64,000 nucleotides of DNA, taken from a virus. The notes under the pieces are model-generated. The model did not search any database. It was not told the DNA's origin and saw only the letters and a program-made list of their open reading frames with translations. The stretch lies in the IMG/VR virus record IMGVR_UViG_3300020182_001907. One strand, given 5' to 3'. Shown here in pieces: positions 35,580 to 45,776 of the stretch. A program made the position numbers and the translations under genes. How positions within the stretch are numbered: the first letter of the stretch is position 1; each line of letters starts with the position of its first letter.

Positions 35580-37574
35580 TCACAAATACGTTATTTTAAC
35601 CGTAACATCTCCTGCAGTTGCATTGAAATGAGTAAGTTTTGCTTGTAGTAATAGTTCCACAACAGCTGGACTTGGGTGTACATACTCAGGTAAACTAATA
35701 TATTCTTCAGCTGTTTCTAAGTTGGATTCGCTTGCTCCCATAAGCAAGTCAGTAGCTGCCAAGGTGCCTATTTCAATTACCGGAGTATCAGTACCGCCTG
35801 ACAACGGTGTAATTATGTCAATACTTACCGTGGTGATCTTTCTTCCAGGTGAAACAGTTCCAATATTTTGAACGTTTATATTGCCAGTAAATGGTCCTGT
35901 AAATGTTGTTGTGATAGTTCTTGCATCCACAGTGCTACTGTCTTGTGTTGCTATTTGAGTCCAGCCTCCGCCATTCCATAAGTACAGTACCCATTCACCA
36001 AAACCGCCGTCAAGAACGTATGCTTGATCCCCAACCTGAGCATTTAAACTGTCTCTTTCTGTAATATCTGCTACTACAGTTGTACCTGCTTTTCTAATAC
36101 CTTGTTCTATAGTCATTGCCAGCGGCAATGAACCATTTTGTCCACTAAACACACCTGTTGCAGTTTGAAATGCTTCAGATGCTTCATAAATTAATACTTC
36201 GCCGCCGTCATCTCTGGTTAAAACTATTAAGTTTTGATTAAGACCAGTAGTTGTTGCTGATAATCCTGAAACATTACTGCTGCCTACAAAAGGATTAGTA
36301 TTTGCATCCGGATCACCATTCACAATAGTTATTGATCCTCCAGTAGATTCTGTTAGTGTTAGTACAGTAGGAGTTGCACTTGCAGTTAAGTTTACAATAC
36401 CTGAGTTATTAATATCAATTGCCATATCCTGAGGGGTTGCAATACCAGGGTATATAGACCCTGATGTAGTGAAGTTTACAAGTGTGCTATTAATTGTTGC
36501 ACTAAACGGAGTATATCCACCTACTAATCCATATGCTGTTCCAACACTATTGCTAGATATCTTAGTAGGATTATTAACAGAACTTGCTAATACTTTTGTA
36601 GTCGCAGTCGCAGTATTGATATCATCTATCATATCAGTTAAGGTTTCTGTGCCACCTGCCCCAGTAAAAGTAATAGTCTCACCATTTAATACAATTGTAC
36701 TATCTGAAGATATAGTAGGATCTGGAACTGTTCCTGTTAACACTGTAGGGTTAGGACCACTTAAATTTAAAAATATTGCTTTGCCTGCTAATTGCTCAAC
36801 GTTAGTTAAAGTACCGTTAGTATCATTAACATATATTCTTTCGCCTTGCAATCCAGGAATTGCAGGATCAACATCTAGTATGGGATTATTAGGAGCAATA
36901 ATAAAGTAATTATCGCCTGGGCCTGCATCTGTAACATAACCTACGACATTTATTGCGGTGTCAGCATTGGATTTAACAAAACCGTTTGTTGTAACACTAA
37001 CAACATCTCCTACAGAGAATCCGTGATTATCTTGTTCTAATACATAATTTTTTTGAGGGTTTAAATAAGCAAATCTACTAGTAACAGTAGGAAAAAAATC
37101 AATGCCTACAGAACTAGGAAGTGGATCCAACATTGGCTGGCCTAATTCGTTGAGTGTGAACACAACAGCAGACCCTGTGTTAAATATTCCGTTTCCTGTA
37201 GGGCTTTTAAATGTATTATATCTTAACCAATCTTCTACAATACAGGTTACTGAAGACTTAGTTTTTGATTCCACTGAAATAATCTTTAATGCTTGTCCTG
37301 AAGATGCACTAGCAACCCAATCATTGACACGAACATCTAATCCATTGTAGGCAAAATCATCTCTGGTTAAATTAGACCCATGAGTTACAGCGGTAACAGC
37401 AAATGTTATTTTCCATCTGTAGTTTCTAGGAGAGGGGGAACCAGAATACCATGGATCAGTAGGCGAGTTCTGAAAAGGCCATACTTCTAAACCTTCAATT
37501 AATGATACGCTTACAGGTAATACTTTACTGGGAACATTAAGTTTAATTTGATTTGTTGTATATGTATGGGTCAT
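35580..37574 (-). CDS. Virion structural protein
   Basis: 664 aa Thr/Ser/Gly-rich protein in the structural block; VVADITERDSL...GDQAYVLD...LYLW motif. Confidence 0.65.
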   Translation of the reverse strand: MTHTYTTNQIKLNVPSKVLPVSVSLIEGLEVWPFQNSPTDPWYSGSPSPRNYRWKITFAVTAVTHGSNLTRDDFAYNGLDVRVNDWVASASSGQALKIISVESKTKSSVTCIVEDWLRYNTFKSPTGNGIFNTGSAVVFTLNELGQPMLDPLPSSVGIDFFPTVTSRFAYLNPQKNYVLEQDNHGFSVGDVVSVTTNGFVKSNADTAINVVGYVTDAGPGDNYFIIAPNNPILDVDPAIPGLQGERIYVNDTNGTLTNVEQLAGKAIFLNLSGPNPTVLTGTVPDPTISSDSTIVLNGETITFTGAGGTETLTDMIDDINTATATTKVLASSVNNPTKISSNSVGTAYGLVGGYTPFSATINSTLVNFTTSGSIYPGIATPQDMAIDINNSGIVNLTASATPTVLTLTESTGGSITIVNGDPDANTNPFVGSSNVSGLSATTTGLNQNLIVLTRDDGGEVLIYEASEAFQTATGVFSGQNGSLPLAMTIEQGIRKAGTTVVADITERDSLNAQVGDQAYVLDGGFGEWVLYLWNGGGWTQIATQDSSTVDARTITTTFTGPFTGNINVQNIGTVSPGRKITTVSIDIITPLSGGTDTPVIEIGTLAATDLLMGASESNLETAEEYISLPEYVHPSPAVVELLLQAKLTHFNATAGDVTVKITYL

Positions 37575-37581
37575 ATTTTAT

Positions 37582-38352
37582 CTATCCTGCTAGTACAAAC
37601 TGTATCCAAGCGTGAGTAACTGTGCCGAAGCCACCCCTACTTGCAGCAGTTTCTGCTTCTCTTAGTCTCAGTTGTACTTCAACAGTGTCTGCACCGTCAA
37701 ACAGTGTAGGGGAACCTGATGTTCCTCCTGCTAACACAGTTCTTTTGGTCATAGTTGATTCTAACGGCGATATTACATAATTATTATTAGTATAATCATA
37801 TCCATACATAATCACACTAAGTGGTGGATAATTATAAATGCCACTATCAAAAGTAATAGTGACTTCTCCGCCAGTTGCGCTATCTATATTTGTTGAACCA
37901 ATACCTATAGTAGCATCTGTGATCGAACTTAATGTACCGTCGCTACTATAATTTAATTTAAATCTTTCAACAGCAGCTACGCCACCACCACCACTTGTAC
38001 TATTAGTTGATATTGCCGTTATTTGGCCATCTGCATTAACAGTAAGTTGAGGTATATTGTTCGCATCTCCGTATGTGCCAGGAGTTACCCCGGTTGATCC
38101 AGTTAAGAAAGTTGTAGTATCAGTTGGTCTAAATGTAAATACACCAGTGCTTGCGCTGTAACTTAAACTACCGCCTGCACTTGCTGCACCTGTAGAAACA
38201 GAAAAACTTGTGAGGTCAACATTGCTTCCACCACCACCACCACTACTTCCTGATCCCTGTGCGACCCAACTTACTCCGTCCCAAGTCCAGGTTACACTTC
38301 CTACAGCATATGTTTCATTTACAACTGGGTTGTTTGGAAAATTAATTGCCAT
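37582..38352 (-). CDS. Tail-fibre-associated structural protein
   Basis: AINFPNNP...WTWDGVSW, GVTPGTYG...LTVNADGQIT motifs. Confidence 0.65.
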   Translation of the reverse strand: MAINFPNNPVVNETYAVGSVTWTWDGVSWVAQGSGSSGGGGGSNVDLTSFSVSTGAASAGGSLSYSASTGVFTFRPTDTTTFLTGSTGVTPGTYGDANNIPQLTVNADGQITAISTNSTSGGGGVAAVERFKLNYSSDGTLSSITDATIGIGSTNIDSATGGEVTITFDSGIYNYPPLSVIMYGYDYTNNNYVISPLESTMTKRTVLAGGTSGSPTLFDGADTVEVQLRLREAETAASRGGFGTVTHAWIQFVLAG

Positions 38353-38398
38353 GATTAAATCCTAAATACGTTTTATTGTATTTATCACTTTGGGATGA

Positions 38399-39256
38399 TT
38401 ATGGTGGTGAGGAATAGTATGGATGAAGGGGGTCTAATATAGCTGTTGCCAAACCCCATTTGTGAGCCAAGTAACCTTCTGCTTTTTCCACATTAGAGTT
38501 ATTTGTACCACCTATGCCAGGAATGTCTTTCACACTCATGAACTCAGCTACCCTGCCATTCATTCTTTCATTAGCTCTGTTGCGGAACAGACGTAAATCC
38601 ATATTTGTATTTAATGAGTTGTCATAGTCATTTACAGGAGGAGCGACAGTACCTCCATTTAACCTTACAGAAATTTGATTTCCTGACTTGTTAAAAACCG
38701 CAGCAATCAGGTACCAAACGTTTATGTTTAGACTCGTGTTAAATAACAGTGCATTGCCTATACTTGATGAGATCCTGTTTGAAGCCAGTCCGTCTAAATC
38801 CAGTTCACCAGGAAAAGAAGTTGTATTACTGGCGCTGATAGCATAGTCTCTTTTGGTCGATAATGCCACTGAGTTATTTTCCGTACTCCAAAAACTATCC
38901 CGTGCATTAGTCACCAAATTCCACTGCATCAGTCCTATTGCCCAGTGGTTGCCTGATCCATCTGTTTGTGCAAACTCGTTAGTGGTTATATCATCGCCTG
39001 AATCAAACGACCATACAGGCTTGCCGTCCAGGCTGGTGCTATTATAAGGAGTGCCAGTCAGTGTATTAGTAGAGTTACCTGTTTTGTCTGTTACTGATGT
39101 GATCGTTGATCCGCTGGTTGTATAACTTCCTGTGTCTGAAGCATCAAACCAGGCTGCCAGAGAAATATCAGTGGGGGCCCAAGGTGCAGGAGAACCAAAG
39201 GCAGCGGCTCTACGCCCACCTGTAAAACTGCCTGTGAAACTGCTAAAGAAGGGCAT
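38399..39256 (-). CDS. LamG/concanavalin-like virion protein
   Basis: WFDASD...DKTGN and EGYLAHKWGL...HPY motifs. Confidence 0.65.
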   Translation of the reverse strand: MPFFSSFTGSFTGGRRAAAFGSPAPWAPTDISLAAWFDASDTGSYTTSGSTITSVTDKTGNSTNTLTGTPYNSTSLDGKPVWSFDSGDDITTNEFAQTDGSGNHWAIGLMQWNLVTNARDSFWSTENNSVALSTKRDYAISASNTTSFPGELDLDGLASNRISSSIGNALLFNTSLNINVWYLIAAVFNKSGNQISVRLNGGTVAPPVNDYDNSLNTNMDLRLFRNRANERMNGRVAEFMSVKDIPGIGGTNNSNVEKAEGYLAHKWGLATAILDPLHPYYSSPP

Positions 39257-41982
39257 TAACTAAACCCTACAAGCTGACCTAATACTGTGTATGTGCTAAC
39301 ACCTGTTTTAAGGAAACTAAAGCTCACCACATCTTCACCGTTGTTGGTGCCTGTGGGTGGTGATCCACCTTGCCATAGCAGTGTTTGTGCCACACCACCA
39401 ATCTGTACTGCTGTGGGAATACGTGCTGTTGCGCCCTGATCAATAACCAGTGTAACTGTGGCTGCATAGTCAGTGGTTAAACCAAAATTAGTAAAGTTCG
39501 CTGTGAAGTCTGCAACTGGAGCAGTGTGACGGAATATGTGTCCGTTATCACAATCGTGTGTTACGGTGCCTGTTGCTGCATTAATTGTGCTGAACGCTTC
39601 CTGCACACCAGTATCAAACAGTGCATCCCCCTGAGATCTGAAAGTGCCCAGCGTGTTAACTGATCCTGCAATAATGGTAGTACTGGTGCCATTACCAATA
39701 TCTATTTGTGTTGCGGTCGTTGTGCCAATGTCTACCTGGCCATTTGCCACTGCGCCAGTGCCTGCATCCAGTATCAGTGTGCCGCCTGTGCTGTTCAAGC
39801 CCGAAGCATCACCGCCGTTGATGTTTAGATTGTCACCGTTAACGCTGTCAGTGGTTTCTGCCGCAGGTTGTACATTGCCTGTTTCCAAACTGCTTGCTGA
39901 GAACGTGCCACCTGCAAATGATATAGTAACGGTATTACCACCCGAGATGCTTAGGTTGCTGTTTGCCTGATCCCAGGTTAATGTTTGACTATCAGAGTCT
40001 ACGTTGCTGTAGCCCTGAGTATCTAAATATGCTTGCACTGTGGCATTGCTATAACTTACCACTGTGTTGCTGTAGCCCTGAGTATCTAAATATGCTTGCA
40101 CTGTGGCATTGCTATAACTTACCACTGTGTTGCTATAACCGTTTGATGTAAGGAAAGTGTTTACATCACTGTCAGCATAGTTAGAAAATCCTGTGATAGT
40201 AACCTCATTGCCGCCACTGATTGAAATATTTGAATTTGCCTCGTCCCAGGTTAAAGTTTGTGCATCTAAATCTACATTACTATAGCCTTGTGCATCCAAG
40301 TATGTTTGTACATCAGTATCGCCATACGTTGTTGCAGTATTACTGAATCCCTGTGCATCTAAATAAGCCTGAACTGATGCATCTGTATAACTTACAATAG
40401 CATTACCATTTAATAATAATCCTGCGCCGCTAGTGCTAATTGTATCTGTACCTAAATAAATTGTGGCATTTGCCAAATATAAATCTTTCCAACGAGCATC
40501 GTTTGTGCCTAAATCATATGTTACGTTTGCGCTTGGTATGATATTACCTGCCCAGTTACCTTCACCTAACAACAATACATCTGCATCACCATAACTACCA
40601 CCTAGACCAGTTAAAGCAATGCTGTTACCTCCTGCAATACTAAGTGTTGCGTTAGCTTCGTCCCAAGCTAAATCTAAATCATCTAAATCTGCGAGTGTAA
40701 CAAATCCTGCATCACCTGTACCCACATGTAAAGTATCTGTGGTATAATTCCATGTTACCGAACCTTCTCCACTGCTTATCACTGTGTTACTTTGAGGTAC
40801 AATTAACTCACCATCAGTTAGATTAGCAACATCGGTTAAACCGGTAGTAGGACTTGCATCTACCCACTGTACACTATCAACATCTTGATAATAAATTTTT
40901 AATCTACCTTTATTGCTGTTCCACCACAAGTCTCCATCACTAGGACCGGAAGGGGGATTGTCGCTTACGGTTACACTAGCGCCACCACCAGCACTTCCTG
41001 CGGGGTTAGTGTCAACCCATTGACTGCTATCAACATCAGTATAATATATTTTTAATCTACCGGCAGCACTATCCCACCATAAGTCACCTTCACTGGGACT
41101 TAAAGGAGGAGTATCATCAACATCTACACTAGCACCTCCTGCTGCACTAGCGAAAGTAATTGTGTCTGCTGCTGCATTAGTAGTAATAGTCATACCAGTG
41201 CCGGCTGCAAATGTTAATGTATCTGCCTTGTTGTCAGCACTAACTGTAGTTTGTCCTGCTACTTCAATATTACGATAAGCTTCAGTTGTAATAATATTAT
41301 AATCAACATTACCGTTCCCACCAGCGCCGCCAGCCATTAGTACTAAGTCAACGTTTTGTATTCTACCGTAAGTGTCTACAGTGATTTGAGGTGCATGAGT
41401 AACGTTACCGTATGTACCTGGTGTAACACCTGTAGATACTAAGTTTAATGTTGGAGACGATGCAATACCAGATCCACCAGTAACGCTAATTTGTCCCGCC
41501 GTTCCTGAAATATTAGCTATGTGTTCTGCATTTAAACTTTGTGCAATTTCAAAAGTACCTTCTACTAATGCGGTACTAATTACTTGGCCTTTGTCGTTTA
41601 TAGTGATCGAGGGAATGTGTGTTGCATTGCCGTATGTGCCTGCTGTAGATACTGGTTCAATAAATATACCAGTGCTATTTGCAAGTAACCCTCCGGATGG
41701 CGAAGTAGTAATATTAATTACGCCCTGATCAGTTTTGTTTAAGCCATTACCTGCACTGTAAGGATCAGATAATGCGGGCCTCCATTCATTAACCCCACCA
41801 AAATATGTAAGTACTTGTCCGTTTTCTGGTGCATAAGCACCAAAGGTGTTAACATCAGATAATTCGTTTGTTGAGAAAGTAATAAAATCTATTTCAGATC
41901 CTGCTGTTATTACTACTTGGGTGCTTCCAGAGTACACTGACGGAGTGTCAGATAAACTAATAAATGTATTGGCCATTATCAA
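39256..41982 (-). CDS. Long tail fibre / receptor-binding-type protein
   Basis: GTYGN..ITxxxxGxI repeats, two GDLWW..GRLKIYY..QWVD repeats, YDLGT..RWKDLY, DVQxYL repeats, DVVSFSF C-terminal domain. Confidence 0.75.
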   Translation of the reverse strand: MIMANTFISLSDTPSVYSGSTQVVITAGSEIDFITFSTNELSDVNTFGAYAPENGQVLTYFGGVNEWRPALSDPYSAGNGLNKTDQGVINITTSPSGGLLANSTGIFIEPVSTAGTYGNATHIPSITINDKGQVISTALVEGTFEIAQSLNAEHIANISGTAGQISVTGGSGIASSPTLNLVSTGVTPGTYGNVTHAPQITVDTYGRIQNVDLVLMAGGAGGNGNVDYNIITTEAYRNIEVAGQTTVSADNKADTLTFAAGTGMTITTNAAADTITFASAAGGASVDVDDTPPLSPSEGDLWWDSAAGRLKIYYTDVDSSQWVDTNPAGSAGGGASVTVSDNPPSGPSDGDLWWNSNKGRLKIYYQDVDSVQWVDASPTTGLTDVANLTDGELIVPQSNTVISSGEGSVTWNYTTDTLHVGTGDAGFVTLADLDDLDLAWDEANATLSIAGGNSIALTGLGGSYGDADVLLLGEGNWAGNIIPSANVTYDLGTNDARWKDLYLANATIYLGTDTISTSGAGLLLNGNAIVSYTDASVQAYLDAQGFSNTATTYGDTDVQTYLDAQGYSNVDLDAQTLTWDEANSNISISGGNEVTITGFSNYADSDVNTFLTSNGYSNTVVSYSNATVQAYLDTQGYSNTVVSYSNATVQAYLDTQGYSNVDSDSQTLTWDQANSNLSISGGNTVTISFAGGTFSASSLETGNVQPAAETTDSVNGDNLNINGGDASGLNSTGGTLILDAGTGAVANGQVDIGTTTATQIDIGNGTSTTIIAGSVNTLGTFRSQGDALFDTGVQEAFSTINAATGTVTHDCDNGHIFRHTAPVADFTANFTNFGLTTDYAATVTLVIDQGATARIPTAVQIGGVAQTLLWQGGSPPTGTNNGEDVVSFSFLKTGVSTYTVLGQLVGFS
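40003..40134. repeat. Perfect 63-bp tandem duplication in the tail-fibre gene
   Basis: Two identical 63-nt units plus a partial third, encoding YSNTVVSYSNATVQAYLDTQG. Confidence 0.9.
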
Positions 41983-42019
41983 TCCTAAGCTAGTGTGCTA
42001 TTACAGCTATTTATCACTT

Positions 42020-42448
42020 TTAGCTAGATAATATGACTCTATCAATGCTGCCATAAGATGAATCATATGTAAGACTGTCGCCAATATGCCTACGATCCAT
42101 ATAAGCCCTTATGAATGTGTAGTTTCCTCTGAAAGTATATGCTTCTGATTTTGTTGCAGGAGCGTTTGCGTTGTATTGAATATAACCGTCTGGGTTCCAA
42201 GGATTACTACCTGGATACAAACCGTTAAGTGGATCAATCACAAGATCAAACCAATCTCCGTCCGCAGGTTCTAAACTGAGAGTTGCCTGAATTCTAAATC
42301 TTCCTATCCAATTGTTATATGTTACTTGTATTGTGTGCAATCCGTCAGTATATCCGTAATAGCTATCACTTTTTACAACTTCGCTAAATTTGGACATTTC
42401 AATGCCAGTAGCACTCATAATCGTAACACTTCTTCTATTAATGGGCAT
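42020..42448 (-). CDS. Hypothetical protein (probably structural)
   Basis: 142 aa ORF in the late block. Confidence 0.55.
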   Translation of the reverse strand: MPINRRSVTIMSATGIEMSKFSEVVKSDSYYGYTDGLHTIQVTYNNWIGRFRIQATLSLEPADGDWFDLVIDPLNGLYPGSNPWNPDGYIQYNANAPATKSEAYTFRGNYTFIRAYMDRRHIGDSLTYDSSYGSIDRVILSS

Positions 42449-42453
42449 TTGTA

Positions 42454-42621
42454 TTATCCTGCTGTTTTGACTTCTACTACAGCACCGTCACCAACCAATT
42501 GCTGTACAACTTGCTCCAGTGTGCTAACTACTTCCTCATTAACCACTGATGTAAGTTTCTCACCGTCTTTTGCAATTCTGCTGATTTCGATCACTACTGA
42601 ATCGCTTACTATTTGTGCCAT
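42454..42621 (-). CDS. Small hypothetical protein
   Basis: Likely start MAQIVS with GGAG RBS after GATAAATA. Confidence 0.55.
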   Translation of the reverse strand: MAQIVSDSVVIEISRIAKDGEKLTSVVNEEVVSTLEQVVQQLVGDGAVVEVKTAG

Positions 42622-42695
42622 GTGTATCTCTCCCTGGGTTATTATAGTATTTATCATATAAAATACTTTTCAACCAGCAAAGTTTCTTTTTTTAG

Positions 42696-44879
42696 TTAGA
42701 CAATACTTAACATGTAATCTTTATCTGTATATCCTATTTCTACCCAACAATCCTTTAAATTTTCAAACAATATTTTTTTACTCAATGGTTTCTTTATTTC
42801 GTGTTCAAACAATCGTTTTAATGGCCTTGCTCCCATATTAGGATCATATCCGTCTTGAGCTAGTTGTAAACGAGCATCCTGAGTAATCTTAATTCTAATT
42901 TTACTGTTGTTACCTATCAACAATGCGTTTGTTTCTTCTACTAGTTTATCAACAATTAACAACATTTGTGTGTTCTCTAGTTTACTAAACGGCACTATTG
43001 CATCAATCCTGTTTCTAAATTCAGGGGCAAAAAATTGTTGGATAGCTTTATCAATCTCTCCCTGCTTTACGGGATCACCAAAACCAATTTTACGAACCTC
43101 ACTTGCTTGTATTCCCAAATTGCTTGTCATTAAAATAATAACATTAGAAAAATCTACTTTTTTGCCAGCACTACCAGTAAGAACTCCATCGTCCATAATT
43201 TGTAACAACACCTGTAAAACTTCTGGTGCTGCTTTTTCCACCTCATCTAATAATAAAACACAATTAGGTGTTTCATCGATTGCTGCTAATAACTGACCTT
43301 GGCCCATTTTACCTTCTGCATGGCCAATATATCCTGGAGGAGCACCAATCAATTTTGCAATGCTGTGTCTTTCTTGATATTCACTCATATCAAATTTTAC
43401 CAATGTACAATTTAATTCCTCTGCTAATGCCCTTGCAGTTTCTGTTTTACCAGTACCTGTGGGTCCTACAAATAGAAAACTACCAATTGGTTTATGCACT
43501 TCCCGTAAACCTGCTTTGCTTACCAATATACTCTCTACAATTTTTGCAATTGCTTGATCTTGTCCGTAAACAACTGTCTTGATTCTATCTTCCAGTGTTT
43601 CGTAACCATAACTGCTTTCCGTATCAATTACGTCTTCGCCAATGTTACTTATTTTACTAATAACTTTTACGACATCTGAAATTTTTACGGTTTTTTGTTC
43701 ACGAAGTTTAACTCTAGCGCCAGCAGCATCTACAATGTCCAATGCTTTATCTGGAAAACACTTATTTTTGATATATCTATCAGAAAGGTCAACTACTCTG
43801 CTTAATAATTTTAAGCTGTATTTTACATGATGGAATTCTTCGTAATAGGATTTCAGACCGTATAGAATATCCTTAGTGTCAGCAACTGAAGTTTCATTGA
43901 TTATTAGTTTTTCAAAACGCCGTTTCATTGCGCCATCTTTTTCTATACTATTAGCAAATTCGTCTGGAGTAGTTGCTCCTATGGTTTGTAATCTACCTCT
44001 ACCTAACGCAGGCTTTAGGATATTTGCAGCATCAACTGATCCGCTAGATCCTGTACCTGCTCCCATGATCATATGTATTTCGTCTATAAACAAAATAGCG
44101 TCTGGGTCTTTTTCTAGATAGGAAATTACACCTTTTAATCTTTCCTCAAAGTCACCTCTGTACTTGGCACCTGCAATCATTCCTGCTAAGTCCATGCTGT
44201 ACACAACTTTGTTTTTCATTATATTTGGTATTTCACCGTCTACGATTTTTTTAGCCAACCCTTCTGCAATAGCAGTTTTACCTGTGCCTGGTTCCCCTAC
44301 TAACACACAGTTATTTTTCTTTCTTTTTGCAAGTACGTGTACTAAGTCACTTACCTCGTTTTGTCTTCCAATTAAAGGATCTATCTTGGAATTTTTTGCT
44401 TCTTGGTTTAAGTTTATGGTGTATTGTTCCAATAAATCTCTTGCTTCGTTATCTTCCTTTTCTTTGATAATTTTCTCTTTAATTGTCTCTTTTTCTAATC
44501 CGTTTATTTCGCAATAGTAACGAGCAAAACTTTCTTCCTCGCTTAAAATACTAATTAACAAATCTGTTGTTTCAAATTTGTCTTTTTGGCTAAACATCAT
44601 TTGTGCTACGCCTCTTTGAAAAACACGATCAACTAATGTTGTTTTTTTAGGTTTTCCTTTAGTGCCGTGAACATTCTTTAAACCATGCCAACTTTCTCTG
44701 TTAAAATAGTTATTTAAGTCTGTGATTATTTGATCAACGTCAACTGTATTTTCCTTACATACCTCTATTATTTTTTCGTCCCTGAGTAAGCACAAAACAA
44801 TATGTTCTAGAGTAACATATTCATGATTTAGTTCTTGGGCTACAGTTAGCGCATTATGCATTACTTCTTCAATTGTCAC
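42696..44879 (-). CDS. clpA: ATP-dependent Clp protease ATPase subunit ClpA-like
   Basis: N-domain HEYVTLEH, two Walker A motifs (GEPGTGKT, GPTGTGKT), FIDEIH, LLDEVEKA, ClpP-docking IGF loop, GARPLKR; no ClpB M-domain. Confidence 0.9.
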   Translation of the reverse strand: MTIEEVMHNALTVAQELNHEYVTLEHIVLCLLRDEKIIEVCKENTVDVDQIITDLNNYFNRESWHGLKNVHGTKGKPKKTTLVDRVFQRGVAQMMFSQKDKFETTDLLISILSEEESFARYYCEINGLEKETIKEKIIKEKEDNEARDLLEQYTINLNQEAKNSKIDPLIGRQNEVSDLVHVLAKRKKNNCVLVGEPGTGKTAIAEGLAKKIVDGEIPNIMKNKVVYSMDLAGMIAGAKYRGDFEERLKGVISYLEKDPDAILFIDEIHMIMGAGTGSSGSVDAANILKPALGRGRLQTIGATTPDEFANSIEKDGAMKRRFEKLIINETSVADTKDILYGLKSYYEEFHHVKYSLKLLSRVVDLSDRYIKNKCFPDKALDIVDAAGARVKLREQKTVKISDVVKVISKISNIGEDVIDTESSYGYETLEDRIKTVVYGQDQAIAKIVESILVSKAGLREVHKPIGSFLFVGPTGTGKTETARALAEELNCTLVKFDMSEYQERHSIAKLIGAPPGYIGHAEGKMGQGQLLAAIDETPNCVLLLDEVEKAAPEVLQVLLQIMDDGVLTGSAGKKVDFSNVIILMTSNLGIQASEVRKIGFGDPVKQGEIDKAIQQFFAPEFRNRIDAIVPFSKLENTQMLLIVDKLVEETNALLIGNNSKIRIKITQDARLQLAQDGYDPNMGARPLKRLFEHEIKKPLSKKILFENLKDCWVEIGYTDKDYMLSIV

Positions 44880-45700
44880 TTAAATACCTCATCTTTTATT
44901 TTATTTAACATCGATATATGCTCAGGATTAGTAATATTAGGTGTCTTAATATCTAATATTAAAAACAAATGTCCTTTGCTGTTGATATTATTAGGACTAG
45001 GCATACCCCATTGGCTTAGTCTTAATCTTTCCCCCGTACACGAACCTCTTGGTATTTTTACTTTGAACCTAGATCCTGCAAAGTGTTCGTATTCTATTTC
45101 TCCTCCTATCATTGCAGTGATACAGTCTATGTTAATTTTATGCAATACATTATCCCCATCACGTGCCATGTTTGGTGGCATTTGTGTTTGTATTCTTACA
45201 ATCAAATCTCCAGGAGGTAACTGTTTAAATCGTTGATGTCCTTTGCCGTGTATTCTTAATTTTGCCCCTTCACGAATACCAGGTGGCAATGATATATTTT
45301 CGTTTATAACCCCAGCGTTTATGTTAAAATCTCCGCCTGTATAGGATTGCAAAAGACTAATATTTAAATTTACTTGTGCATCAGGATTTCTTTGTTGCTG
45401 TGGTCCTCTGTTACTAAATCCAAATTGTGACATGACATCATCAAACGGGCTACCGGTATTAAAGTTAAAACTGAATCCCTGAGGTCCACCTTGTTGTTGT
45501 GGATCCACTGTACCAAACTGATCATACATTTGACGCTTTTGAGGATCACTTAATCCTTCATATGCTTCTTGTAATTTTTTGAACTCAGCTTCGTCGCCGC
45601 CTTTGTCAGGATGATGTTGTCCAGCTAACTTGCGATAAGCACGTTTAATCGTTTGTGGATCCGCATCGCGAGCCACGCCTAGTGTTTGATAGTAATCCAT
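44876..45700 (-). CDS. DnaJ/CbpA-like co-chaperone (class B, no zinc finger)
   Basis: DYYQTLGV...AYRKLA..HHPDK, G/F-rich linker, GDLIV C-domain. Confidence 0.9.
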   Translation of the reverse strand: MDYYQTLGVARDADPQTIKRAYRKLAGQHHPDKGGDEAEFKKLQEAYEGLSDPQKRQMYDQFGTVDPQQQGGPQGFSFNFNTGSPFDDVMSQFGFSNRGPQQQRNPDAQVNLNISLLQSYTGGDFNINAGVINENISLPPGIREGAKLRIHGKGHQRFKQLPPGDLIVRIQTQMPPNMARDGDNVLHKINIDCITAMIGGEIEYEHFAGSRFKVKIPRGSCTGERLRLSQWGMPSPNNINSKGHLFLILDIKTPNITNPEHISMLNKIKDEVFK

Positions 45701-45733
45701 ATGTGTCTATTATAGCATAAGTTTGAGGAAAAT

Positions 45734-45761
45734 GCAAGGGGCAACTGTTGTTACCCCCGCA
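45734..45761 (-). terminator. Hairpin after the TonB-dependent receptor gene
   Basis: Imperfect inverted repeat GGGGCAAC/GTTACCCC with T-run downstream on the minus strand. Confidence 0.5.
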
Positions 45762-45776
45762 TCTTTATTTATAGAA

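Noticed and set aside
40003-40134. CRISPR array
   Set aside because: In-frame coding tandem repeat with no unique spacers; no cas genes in the window.
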